A model generated the notes under the pieces. It had not been told where the DNA came from. It did not search any database and saw only the letters and a list, made by a program, of their open reading frames with translations. DNA of 64,000 nt, from positions 97,342,001 to 97,406,000 of the forward strand of contig CM059432.1 in the NCBI GenBank assembly GCA_030390025.1. The letters run 5' to 3'. This DNA comes from Squalus acanthias (taxonomy: Eukaryota). Position 1 is the stretch's first letter; each line of letters starts with the position of its first letter. The translations under genes were made by a program, and so were the position numbers. Shown here one piece after another: positions 36,118 through 48,100 of this stretch.

Positions 36118-36344
36118 GTTAGCAATGAGAGAATCTCCCAGAATTCACAATTTAAACCCAGACAAAATCTATTCACATTATTCGCTACAACAAAGAGCAC
36201 AGCCAAGACAATGAGATGTGTCCCAGGGGGTCCAGCGTGTCAAACCACCTGCTGGCTGCATATCCTGTCAATTTGTGTTCTTGTGTTTTTAAAAAAAAAA
36301 CAAAAAAAAAAAAAACACCTGGGAAGACCGGCCATGATGTCAAG

Positions 36345-37484
36345 TCACGTTCTGTATCGTGACATGAACCCGATATCGCGATTGAGGCCATCCTCATGAG
36401 TGCGGAACTTGGCTATCAGTTTCTGCTCTATGATTTTGCGCTGTCGTGTATCTCGAAGGCCGCCTTGGAGAACGCTTACCCGCAGATCCGAGGCTGAATG
36501 CCCCTGGCTGCTGAAGTGTTCCCCGACTGGGAGGCAACCCTCCTGCCTGGCGATTGTTGTGCGGTGTCCGTTCATACGTTGTCTCAGTGTCTGCATGGTC
36601 TCGCCGATGTACCATGCTCTGGAGCATCCTTTACTGCAACGTATCAGGTAGACAACGTTGGCCGAGTCACATGAGTATGTACCGTGTACCTGGTGGGTAG
36701 TGTCCTCACGTGTAATGATGGTATCTGTGTCCATGATTTGGCATGTCTTGCAGAGGTTGCCGTGGCAGGGTTGTGTGGTGTCTTGGTTGCTGTTCTCCTG
36801 AAAGATGGGTAATCTGCTGCGAACGATGGTACTTTTGAGGTTAGGCGGCTGCTTGAAGGCGAGTAGTGGAGGCGTGGGGATGGCCTTAGCAAGGTGTTCG
36901 TCGTCATCGATGACATGTTGAAGGCTGCGAAGAACATGGCGTAGTTTTTCCGCTCCGGGGAAGTACTGGACGACGTAGGGTACTCTGTTGGTTGTGTCCC
37001 GTGTTCGTCTTCTGAGGAGGTCTATGCGGTTTTTCGCTGTGGCCCGTCGGAACTGTCGATCGACGAGTCGAGCGTCATATCCCGTTCTTACGAGAGCGTC
37101 TTTCAGTGTCCGTAGGTGTCCATCGCGTTCCTCCTCGTCTGAGCAGATCCTGTGTATTCGCAGGGCTTGTCCATAGGGGATGGCTTCTTTAACGTGGTTA
37201 GGGTGGAAGCTGGAGAAGTGGAGCATCGTGAGGTTGTCCGTGGGCTTGCGGTCGAGTGAAGTGCTGAGGCGTCCGTCTTTGATGGAGATTCGTGTGTCCA
37301 AGAATGAAACCGATTCTGAGGAGTAGTCCATGGTGAGTTTGATGGTGGGATGGAACCTGTTGATGCTATCGTGTAGTCCTTTCAGTGATCCTTCGCCGTG
37401 GGTCCAAAGGAAGAAGATGTCGTCGATGTATCTGGTGTACAGCGTTGGTTGGAGGTCCTGTGCAGCGAAGAAGTCTTGCTCGAA
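36345..37484 (-). pseudogene. Penelope-like RT (YIDD) plus GIY-YIG endonuclease, 5'-truncated open frame
   Basis: RYIDDIFFLW...SFLDTRI...KPTD...HP...IPYGQALRIHRICS, linker CHGNLCKTC, and GIY-YIG-type VVYLIRC...WYIGET...LRQRMNGH...EQKLI...GLN. No natural start codon. Confidence 0.92.
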
Positions 37485-37494
37485 CTTGCTCGAA

Positions 37495-38314
37495 CCTGCG
37501 AATACACAGGATCTGCTCAGACGAGGAGGAACGCGATGGACACCTACGGACACTGAAAGACGCTCTCGTAAGAACGGGATATGACGCTCGACTCGTCGAT
37601 CGACAGTTCCGACGGGCCACAGCGAAAAACCGCATAGACCTCCTCAGAAGACGAACACGGGACACAACCAACAGAGTACCCTACGTCGTCCAGTACTTCC
37701 CCGGAGCGGAAAAACTACGCCATGTTCTTCGCAGCCTTCAACATGTCATCGATGACGACGAACACCTTGCTAAGGCCATCCCCACGCCTCCACTACTCGC
37801 CTTCAAGCAGCCGCCTAACCTCAAAAGTACCATCGTTCGCAGCAGATTACCCATCTTTCAGGAGAACAGCAACCAAGACACCACACAACCCTGCCACGGC
37901 AACCTCTGCAAGACATGCCAAATCATGGACACAGATACCATCATTACACGTGAGGACACTACCCACCAGGTACACGGTACATACTCATGTGACTCGGCCA
38001 ACGTTGTCTACCTGATACGTTGCAGTAAAGGATGCTCCAGAGCATGGTACATCGGCGAGACCATGCAGACACTGAGACAACGTATGAACGGACACCGCGC
38101 AACAATCGCCAGGCAGGAGGGTTGCCTCCCAGTCGGGGAACACTTCAGCAGCCAGGGGCATTCAGCCTCGGATCTGCGGGTAAGCGTTCTCCAAGGCGGC
38201 CTTCGAGATACACGACAGCGCAAAATCATAGAGCAGAAACTGATAGCCAAGTTCCGCACTCATGAGGATGGCCTCAATCGCGATATCGGGTTCATGTCAC
38301 GATACAGAACGTGA
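37495..38314 (+). pseudogene. Second (inverted) copy of the Penelope RT thumb and GIY-YIG endonuclease
   Basis: Identical peptide from LRIHRICSDEEER to FMSRYRT, except HRATI vs HRTTI. Confidence 0.92.
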
Positions 38315-38540
38315 CTTGACATCATGGCCGGTCTTCCCAGGTGTTTTTTTTTTTTTTGTTTTTTTTTAAAAACACAAGAACACAAATTGACAGGATATGC
38401 AGCCAGCAGGTGGTTTGACACGCTGGACCCCCTGGGACACATCTCATTGTCTTGGCTGTGCTCTTTGTTGTAGCGAATAATGTGAATAGATTTTGTCTGG
38501 GTTTAAATTGTGAATTCTGGGAGATTCTCTCATTGCTAAC

Positions 38541-38578
38541 TTACCTGACGAAGGAGCGATAGCTCCGAAAGCTTGTAA
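38541..38578 (+). ncRNA. Minimal hammerhead ribozyme, right arm
   Basis: TTAC-CTGACGA-A-GGAGC-GATA-GCTCC-GAAA-GCTT-GTAA. Predicted cleavage follows CUU at 38574. Confidence 0.82.
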
Positions 38579-38939
38579 AATTAAATAAATCTGTTGGACT
38601 ATAACCTGGTGTTGTGCGACTTCTCATTTTTGTCCACCCCAGTCCAACGCCGGCATCTCCACATCATGCTAATAATTAGTGAGTTATTGGCTTATTTGTG
38701 CTGCAGACTGATGTTACAGCTCAAACCAATTTCATTTGGAAGAGAAAGAAACGGCAGGTGGGAGTACTCTCACCTTGGGCAGTTGGACCTGCGCCCTGCC
38801 GGATAATTGGCTGGTACTAAATTTTCTTGACTTCAGCACAATTGATGAACATGCAAAGCTGGAAAGAATGTCAGTCTACAGGATTGTCAAAATTGCCATT
38901 TGCTAACACTTCTACATCTTTATTTTTTTTCCATTATAC

Positions 38940-41797
38940 AATCATAGAATCATAGAAATTTACAGCACAGAAGGAGGCCATTCGGCCCATCGTGTCTGTG
39001 CCGGCTGAAAAAGAGCTATCCAGCCTAATCCCACTTTCCAGCACTTGGTCCGTAGCCCTGTAGGTTGCAGCACTTCAAGTGCATATCCAAGTACTTTTTA
39101 AATGTGGATTAAGGTTTCTGCCTCTACCATTCTTTCAGGCAGTGAGATCCAGACCCCCACCACTCTCTGGGTGAAAAAGGTTCTCCTCAACTCCCCTCTA
39201 ATCCTTCTACCAATTACTTTAAATCTATGCCTCCTGGGTATTGACCTCTCAGATAAGGGAAATAGGTCCTTCCTATCCACTCTATCTAGGCCCCTCATAA
39301 TTTTATACACCTCAATCAAGTCTCCCCTCAGCCTCCTCTGTTCCAAAGAAAACAACTGTACCTATACAATCTTACCTCATAGCTAAAGTTCTCCAGTCCT
39401 GGCAACATCCTCGTAAATCTCCTCTGTACCCTCCCTAGTGCCAAATCCTTCCTGTAATGTGGTGACCAGAACTGTACTCATTACTCTAGCTGTGGCCTAT
39501 CTAGTGTTTTATACAGGTCAATCATAACCTCCCTGCTCTTATATTCTATGCCTCGTGTAATAAAGGAAAGTATCCCGTATGACTTCTTAAACACCTAATC
39601 TTCAAAGATCTCTGGACATGCACTCCAAGGTCCCTCTGTTCCTCTACACTTCTCAGTATCCTACCATTTATTGTGTATTCCCATGCCTCGTTAGCCCTCC
39701 CCAAATGCATTATCTCACACTTCTCCAGATTGAATTCCATTTGCCACTTTTCTGCCCACCTGACCAGTCCATTGATATCTCCCTGCAGTCTACAGCTTTC
39801 ATCCTCACTATCAACCACACAGCCGATTTTTGTATCATCTGCAAACTTCTTAATCATGCCCCCCACATAGAAGTCTAAATCATTGATATATACCACAAAA
39901 AGCAAGGGACCTAGTACTGAGTCCTGCAGAACCCCACTGGAAACACCCTTCCAGTCACAAAAACACCCATCGACTGTTACCCTTTGCTTCCTGCCACTGA
40001 GCCAATTTTGGATCCAGCTTGCTACTTTCCCTTGGATCCCATGGGATTTTACTTTTCTGACTACTCTGCCATGTGGGACCTTGCTAAAATCCATGTAGAC
40101 TACAGGAAATGTGCTACCCTCATCAACCCTCCTTGTTACCTCCTCAAAAAATTCAATCAAGTTAATCTTCCCTTAACAAATTCATGCTGACTGTCCTTGA
40201 TTAATCTGTGCCTTTCTAAATGATGATTAATCTGTCCCTCAGAATTTCTTCCAATAATTTGCCCACCATCGAAGTTAGGCTGACTGGCCTAACTTACTTG
40301 GTCGATCCCTTTCAACCTTTTTAAACAAAGGTACAACGTTAGCAGTCCTCCAGTCCTCTGGCACCAGCCTGTAGCCAGAGAGGATTGGAAAATGATGATC
40401 AGAGCCTTCGCTATATCCTCCCTTACTTCTCTTAACAGCCTGGGATACATTTCATCCAGGCCTGGTGATTTATCTACTTTCAAAGATGCTAAACCCCTTA
40501 ATATTTCCTCTCTCACTATGTTTATCTCATCTAATATTTCACACTCCTCCTCCTTAACTACAATGGCTGCACATCCCTCTCTTTTGTGGAGCCAGATGCA
40601 AAGTATTCATTAAGAACCATATCCACGTCTTCCGCCTCCAAACACAGGTTACCTTTTTGATCTCTAATAGGCCTTACTCTTTCCTTAGTTATCTTCTTGC
40701 TCTTTATGTATTTATAAAACATCTTTGGGTTTTCCTTGATTTTGCCTGTCAATATTTTTTCATGCCCTCTCTTTGCTTTCCTAATTTCCTCTTTAATTTC
40801 ACCCCTGTACTTTCTATACTCCTCCAGGCTTTCTGCAGTATTTAGCTCTCGTTATCTTACTAAGCTTCCTTTTTTTGTCTTATCCTACCCTGAATGCCCC
40901 TTGACATCCAGGGGGCTCTAGATTTGGGAGTCCCATCCTTTTTCTTTGTGGGAACGTATTTGCTCTGAACCCTCACTCTCTCCTGCTTGAATTCCTCCCA
41001 CTGCTCTGACACTGATTTACCTTCAAGTAGCTGTTTCCAGTCCACTTTTGCTAAATCGCATCTCAGCTTAGTAAAATTGGCCTTTCCCCAATTGAAAACT
41101 CTAACTCCTGGTCTCTCTTTGTCCTTTTCCATAACTATGCTAAATCTAACTGAATTATGATCACTACCACCAAAATGCTCTCCCTTTTTTATCCCCCTCT
41201 CTATCTCATCTGAAAACCCTGTAACGAGGAATGTTGAGCTGCTGCTCCTGCACTTCTTTATGTCTAATATTCTATTTTCTCTCTCTTTATCAATTTCTTC
41301 CACCTGCCCAGCTTCATTCCCTAAAACTAAGTCCAGAACTGCCCCCTCTCTTGTTGGGCTTGCTACGTACTGGCTAAAAAAGTTCTCCTGAATGCATTTT
41401 AAGAATTCTGCGCCCTCTATACCTTTAACACTGATTTTATCCCAGTTAATATTTGGGTAGTTGAAATCCCCAACTATTACTGCCCTATTGTTTATACACT
41501 GCTCAGAAATTTGCCTACATATGTGCTCTTCTATCACCCTCTGACTATTTGGGGGTCTATAGTACACACCCAGCAGTGTGATTGCCCCTTTTTTGCTCTT
41601 CAGTTCAACCCATATGGCCTCATTTGATGATCCTTCTTACATATCATCCCTTCTTACAGCTGTAATTGCTTCTTTGACCAATATTGAGACCACCCCTCCT
41701 TTTTTTATCCCCCCCCCCCCCGCTATCTCGTCTGAAAACCCTGTAACCAGGAATGTTGAGCTGCTGCTTCTGCCCTTCTTTATGTCTCATATTATAT
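38940..41797 (-). mobile_element. CR1 LINE, near-complete ORF2 (APE and RT), degenerate
   Basis: Minus-strand fragments YYRPPNS...VGDFNYPNINW...SDHN (40860-41567), KSPGLDEMYPR, KFADDTKIG (39546-40160) and RRLRGDLIEVYK. The 3' tail ATCATAGAATCATAG is at ~38941. Confidence 0.92.
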
Positions 41798-42520
41798 CTC
41801 ACCGGCAGGACAGACCGACCAGGGGTGGCGGCATAGTGGTATACAGTCGGGAAGGAGTGGCCCTGGGAGTCCTCAACATTGACTCCAGACCCCATGAAGT
41901 CTCATGGTTTCAAGTCAAGCATGGGCAAGGAAAGCTCCTGCTGATTACCACCTACCGCCCTCCCTCAGCTGATGAATCAGTGCTCCTCCATGTTGAACAC
42001 CACTTGGAAGAAGCACTGAGGGTAGCAAGGGCACAGAATGTACTCTGGGTGGGGGACTTCAATGTCGATCACCAAGAGTGGCTTGGTATCACCACTACTG
42101 TCCGAGCTGGCCGAGTCCTGAAGGACATAACTGCCAGCAGTGTGGGCCTGCGACAGGTGGTGGGAGAACCAACACGAGGGAAAAACCTACTTGACCTCGT
42201 CCTCACCAATCTACCTGTCGCAGATGCATCTGTCCATGACAGTATTGGTAGCAGTGACCACCGCACAGTCCTTGTGGAGACAAAGTCCCGTCTTCACACT
42301 GAGGACACCCTCCAAAGTGTTGCGTGGCACTACCACCGTACTACATGGGATAGATTCAGAACAGATCTAGCAGCTCAAAACTGGGCATCCATGAGGCGCT
42401 GTGGGCCATCAGCAGCAGCAGAATTGTATTCCAGCACAATCTGTAACCTAATGGCCCGGCATATCTCTCACTCTACCATTACCATCAAGCCAGGGGACCA
42501 ACCCTGGTTCAATAAGGAGT
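41797..42520 (+). mobile_element. APE endonuclease fragment of a second CR1/L2-group LINE family
   Basis: RQDRPTRGGGIVVY...TYRPPS...VGDFN...EPTRGKNLLDLVLTN...SDH...PWFN. Confidence 0.85.
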
Positions 42521-43797
42521 GTTTTTTTTCATCTGTTTATGGTATGTGGGCGTCCCTGGCAAGGCCAGCATTTATTGCCCATCCCTAATTGCTCTTGAGA
42601 AGTTGGTGGTGAGCCACCTTCTTGAACCACTGCAGTCCATGTGGTGAAGGTACTCCCACAGTGTTGTTAGGTAGGGAGTTCTCGGATTTTGAACCAGCGA
42701 CGATGAAGGATTGGCAATATATTTCCAAATGAGGATGGTGTGTGACTTGGAGGGGAACTTGGAAGTGGTGGTGTTCCCATGCGCCTGCTGCCCTTGTCCT
42801 TCTAGGTGGAAGAGGTCGTGGGTTTGGGAGGTGCTGCCGAAGAAGCCTTGGTGAGTTGCTGCAGTGCATCTTGTAGATGGTACACACTGCAGCCATGGTA
42901 TGCCGGTGGTGGAGGGAGTGATTGTTTAAGGTGGTGGATGGGGTGCCAATCAAGCGGGCTGTTTTGTCCTCGATGGTGTCGAGCTTCTTGAGTGTTGTTG
43001 GAGCTGCACTCATCCAGGCAAGTGGAGAGTATTCCATCACACTCCTTACTTGTGGCTTGTAGATGGTGGAAAGGCTTTGGGGAGTCAGGAGGTGAGACAC
43101 TCGCCACAGAATACCTAGCATTTGACGTGCTTTTGTAGCCACAGTATTTATGTAGCTGGTCCACTTAAATTTTTGGTCAATGGTGACCCCCAGGATGTTG
43201 ATGGTGGGGATTCGGCGATGGTAATGCCGTTGAATGTCAAGGGGCGGTGGTTAGACACTCACTTGTTGGAGATAGTCATTGCCTGGCACCTCTGTGGCGC
43301 GAATGTTACCTGCCACTTATCAGCCCAAATCAGAACGTCGTCCAGGTCTTGTTGCATGTGGGCATGGACTGCTTCATTATCTGTGGAGTTGTGAATGGTG
43401 CTGAACACTGTGCAGTCATCAGCGAACATCCCCATTTCTGACCTTATGTTGGAGGGAAGGTTATTGATGAAGCAGCTGAAGATGGTTGGGCCTAGGACAT
43501 TGCCCTGAGGAACTCCTGCAGCGATGTCCTGGGGCTGTGCTGATTGACCTTCAATCACCACAACCATCTTCCTTTGTGCTAGGTGTGACTTCAGCCAGTG
43601 GAGTGTTTTCCCCCTGATTCCCATTAACTTCAGTTTTACTAGGGCTCCCTTGAAGCCAAACCCGGTCAAATGCTGCCTTGATGTCAAAGGCAGTCACTCT
43701 CACCTCACCTCTGGAATTCAGCTCTTTTTACCATGTTTGGACCAAGGCTGTAATGAGGTCTGGAGCCGAGTGGTCCTGGCGGAACCCAAACTGGCCA
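42521..43797 (-). mobile_element. 3' part (RT and UTR) of a CR1/L2-group LINE
   Basis: QFGFRQDHSAPDLITAL, GVPQGNVLGPTIFSCFIN...MFADD and YKPQVRSVMEYS, with an oligo-A end at 42521-42529. Confidence 0.85.
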
Positions 43798-44150
43798 AGG
43801 TAAGTAAAAAAAAACTTACCTTTTTTGTTCCAGTTTTTTTCGCGGGTTCCTGCCTGCAATTGATCAGCCCAGCACTCTGCTTGAGTGCCGGGCTGATCGT
43901 GTGGGATCGCGGCTGCCTTGGTGGTCCAGGTAGGCACTTTTAATATTGCAGAGCCTGCAGCGATGGCCCTTCTCTTTAAGGGAGGGAAGGAGCCTTTGAA
44001 CGCGGCAGCGCTGTACGGCCCAGTGTGCAGCGCTGCTGAAGTCTCTGCCCCGCCTGCTGCCGACTGCACTCCAAGAATGAAGTGGAGTGCTTGATTTTCT
44101 CAACTTTTAAAGTTAGCGCCCCAAACGGAACTATAATGAATTTCTCCCCC
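43798..44150. mobile_element. Harbinger-type MITE fragment (right end)
   Basis: GC-rich, ends ...AATTTCTCCCCC like the ends at 24917, 32452 and 56798, and contains AAACTTACC. Confidence 0.5.
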
Positions 44151-45130
44151 TTAATATTAGTAAAGAAATACTACTGGAGAAATTAATGGGACAAAATACA
44201 ACAAATCCCGTGGACCTGATGACCTGCATCGTAGGGTTTTAGAAGAGGTGGCTACAGAGATAGTGGATGCATTGGTTTTGATCTTCCAGAATTCCCTAGA
44301 CTTTAGAATGGTCCCAGCAGATTAGAAGGTAACAAATGTAACCCCGCTATTCAAGATAGAGGGAGAGAAAAAACAGGGAACTACAGACCAATTAGCCTGA
44401 CATCAGTAGCAGGGAAAATGCTAGAATCTATTACTAAGGACGTGGTAACAGGGCACTTAGAAAATAATAATAGGATTGGGCAGAGTCAACACAGATTTAT
44501 AAAAGGGAAGTCGTGTTTGATGAATCTGTTAGAGTTTTTTGACATTGCAACTAGCAGGGTAGGTAAGGGTGAACCAGTAGATGTAGTGTATTTGGGTTTT
44601 CAGAAAGCATTTAATAAGGTGCCACACAAGAGGTTATGATGCAAAATTAGGGCTCATGGGATTGGGGGTAATATATTAGCATGGATGAGGAGAGATGGAG
44701 GAGACCAGGCCTACATTCCCTAGAATTTAGAAGAATGAGAGTTGGTCTCTTTGAACATATAAAATTCTTACTGGGCTTGACAGGGTAGATGCTAGGAGGA
44801 TGTTTCCCCTGGCTGGGGAGTCTAGAACTAGGGGTCACAGTCTCAAAATAAGGGGTCGGCCATTTAGGACTGAGATGAGGAGGAATTTCTTCACACAAAG
44901 GGTTATGAATCTTTGGAATTCTCTACCCCAGAGGCCTGTGGATGCTCAGTCATTAATATATTCAAGGCAGAGATTGACAGATTTTTGGATATTCAGTGAA
45001 TCAAGGGATATGGGGATACTGCGGGAAGGTGGAGTTGAGGTAGAAGATCAGCTATGATCTTGTTGAATGACGGAGCAGGATCCAAGGTTCGAATGGCCTA
45101 CTCCTGCTTCTATTTCTTATGTTCTTATGT
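44151..45130 (+). mobile_element. CR1 LINE fragment with internal deletion
   Basis: ORF 44418-44639 (GQSQH...YLGFQKAFNKVPH) jumps at ~44688 to the C-terminal region (FPLAGESRTRGHSLKIRG), then the CR1 tail. Confidence 0.88.
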
Positions 45131-48100
45131 TATTATGATGTTCTGTCGAAGATACAGTGAGAGGTTGGGAGAACCCCGCAGAAATTCAGGACCGATGAAT
45201 CCTTGGCGAGTGGGGACACCTGAAAGGAATCATCTCTACTGTTATAATATTTAAGAAACTTATGAACTATTTTGTCAGAATACTTATGTGGTGGACAATT
45301 CCTACTAAAAGTGCCACTCCCTATAATTTTCTTCTCTGTTAAGTTTCTTAAAGGATGAATCTAGGTTCTAAACATTTGCCGTTGCATTTTATTTCCTGAA
45401 ACCATCCATTTTTGGGCAGTTTTGCAGTGTAAAAAGGGTAAAATAGGGTGGTGTGGTTTATTGCCCCATCCCACCCCAAAAATGCTTACCAGAATTCTCC
45501 TGAGTGAAAACGATTACAGCTTTCCCCAAGTCCACCCCACCACGTGTAAATGAGGGGATGTGGTTGTAGCTAAAGTCTCCAAACAATTCCCTCCAATTAG
45601 CATCTCTATCCTGTTGTTGGGAAACACTACTGCTGTATAAATGGTAGTATGGGCAGCACAGTGGTATACTTGAGGCAGATACAGCAATGAGCAGACATCT
45701 TTGCAGATATATATAATCTTTGTGAACCTCTGCCTGGACATTGATTTTTGTTGCTTGGTGTTCTGGGGCTTCTCTGAAGACTTCTCCTGCCATTCTCCGA
45801 CAAAGATTATATCTTGCCAGGATGGGAATGGCTCGATGGACCAACTAGTCTTTTCCTGTACTTTTTTGTATGTTCCCTCAGTAATAGACAGCTCACATTT
45901 CATCTACTCAGTCCACTATGTTTCATTACATCCTGCAAAATGAACTCTATGTTGTCAAATATTTTTTACTTTCCAGTATATTTTCCAAATTCTAGCAATC
46001 ATTTTGAAGACTAACAACTATTATTACTTACCGCCATGTCTACCTCTTGTGCGTAAATTCTTGCTGACTTATTTTCCTAAACTCTTACTTTTATATGGTG
46101 CTCCCTGAGTGACAGAAGGTTGAGAGGTGGCTGGCTGGGACATTTCATCTAGAACTAAAAAGAACTGAGGTGACTTTTGTCTCAACGAAGCTGCTGTCTT
46201 TGGGGGGTTTCAGTTCTGGTGTCCTATCTCTTCCTATCTCAAAGGATGCTGGGATCAGGTCTGGAGCTCCGTCCTGCACAAGTATTGGAAGGGGCCTTAA
46301 GGAAATGGGCTCACTGTCACTCTTGTGAGAGGCGGTGACATCTCTTACCACTCCTTGAAGCCCACGGTGCTGGGCATATGCTTAGAGATGCTGCTGGTTG
46401 GTGTGAGAACAGACAGGAACAATCCCAATTACATCTTGGAAGCTCTGTGAAGGTGTCATGTTAAAGCTGAAGTTCAAGGCATCTAATGAAGCAGTGGTAG
46501 CTGCCATACTTTGATATACCAAAAGAAGCTGAAACTACCTGTGGTCTCCCTTGCCCTGCCATCACCAGTCTGTTTTTGGTACTTTGGGGAGAAATTTGTT
46601 TGGACACAGAAGCCAGAGGCCCGAGATTTGTCCGAAATTGGGCTTCGGGCCTCATCTGAACAATTCTGGCAAGCTGCAGGCGCCTGCTGGGCTTCCTGAA
46701 GCAGCTCGCCAATTTCCTCTAGACTAATTTGGGCTGGCTGCAATGTTGGAAAGCAGCCCTCAGGTCCCGGGAGGTGAGTCGAACTGCAGGGGGGCAAGCG
46801 TGGGTCATCAGCAGCACGAAGTAGTGCTGTGGAGCCAGGAGGAGCCAGTAATTTAAAAAGAAAATAACTCACCTTTCTATTGCAGTCTCAAGCGTTTCCT
46901 TTAACGACTGCTGGTTAGGTTGCTGAAGAAATCGTAAAAATGAAGCGGAACATGTTTAGACCTAAATGGTCAGTTTCTGGCTATTTCAGAGAGGGGTCCT
47001 TAAACAGGCATTAGGCCCCTCATTAGTATATGCAAGGGGTTTAGTGCCTGAGATAGACATCCACCAGGGATCCATTGAAATCAATGGAAAAGAAAATCGG
47101 GAGAAGTGTAAGACGGGCTGCCGATTCACTGCCATCAATTTTTTACATGGTGATAAAAGTTAAAATGACTCCCTCGGATTCTGCTACCTTCTTTCATAAG
47201 GTCTGAATCATCCTCTTTCTGTTCTCAGCCCCCTAGAGTCCTTCTCTTCTTGCCTTTATTTCTGTGTAGTAGAACATCAACTGATGAATCAGTAAATCTA
47301 GGAGCCTTTCCTACACCTGACATCCCCCCACCCCCGTCACCCTGCCACAGGAGGCTGCTCCTTCCTGACTCACTGCTACTCCCTGCCGGAAAAAAACATG
47401 CACCCCTTTAATCAGCTGTAGCATTTTAAACACAGCAGTGCCACTGAATTTCCCTTCCTCCCAATGAGCAGTGGTTTTACCACCATTCATTTACCCCACA
47501 TAACTAATGAGTTCCATGCCTGGAAACTTAACGTTTAGCAGAGGAGTTACATGGGCAGGTTGAAGTCTAGCCTGTCACTAACTCGCTATTCAAAGAAAAA
47601 TTCAGCTTTTGATGTTTATAATAGAGAATACCCTTTTAACACCCGATGGCTGACTTTAATTTCATGGTTAAGTAGTACAAGAAAAGAAATGGTAGTTCCT
47701 GCTCTCTTGCAATATCCCCAAATAGATGAAAAATTCTGATTAAAAAAAAAATCTTACATTAGCTATATGCTAATTCTTAATTTTCTGTATATATTTGTTT
47801 TGGGCCAGTCAGAAATATGAGCCAATAAGCAGCAAAGCCCATTGGTATTTTTGGTATACAGCAGATAGCTTTAAACATTTCACTTGCTAGGCAGTTATTG
47901 GGTAGGTGCAACCATCAAGAGTAAATAGACTAATATTTAAAGGCATATCATGCGTAGGAGAGTCAAGCTACACAGTTACTAAAGTACAGAGATGGGGAAA
48001 TTATGATCGGTGATATTTGCTCTAATTCTTTATTTTAAATATACATAACTGTTTAAAATAAAAAAGACAGCCTTATAGTATTTTTTTTTCATTTTCTATT

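Larger units (their letters stand above)
36032..38666. mobile_element. Young palindromic Penelope-like retroelement (inverted pseudo-LTR form)
   Basis: Arms 36031-37164 and 37495-38627 are reverse complements with only one substitution and one homopolymer-length difference seen. 330-bp spacer, right-only tail 38628-38666, and TSD TGCTAATAATTA at 36020-36031 and 38667-38678. Confidence 0.95.

Noticed and set aside
37385..38314. 309-aa ORF as an independent GIY-YIG gene
   Set aside because: Its N-terminus is antisense RT sequence fused at the inversion junction; it is a by-product of the palindrome.
41578..42588. 336-aa ORF as a host endonuclease gene
   Set aside because: It is a chimera of antisense CR1 sequence, a LINE APE fragment and another element's tail.
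45458..45935. Minus-strand exon (TTTTGCAG acceptor, GTAAGC donor)
   Set aside because: All three frames hit stops near the acceptor and the peptides are unrecognisable; it could only be non-coding.
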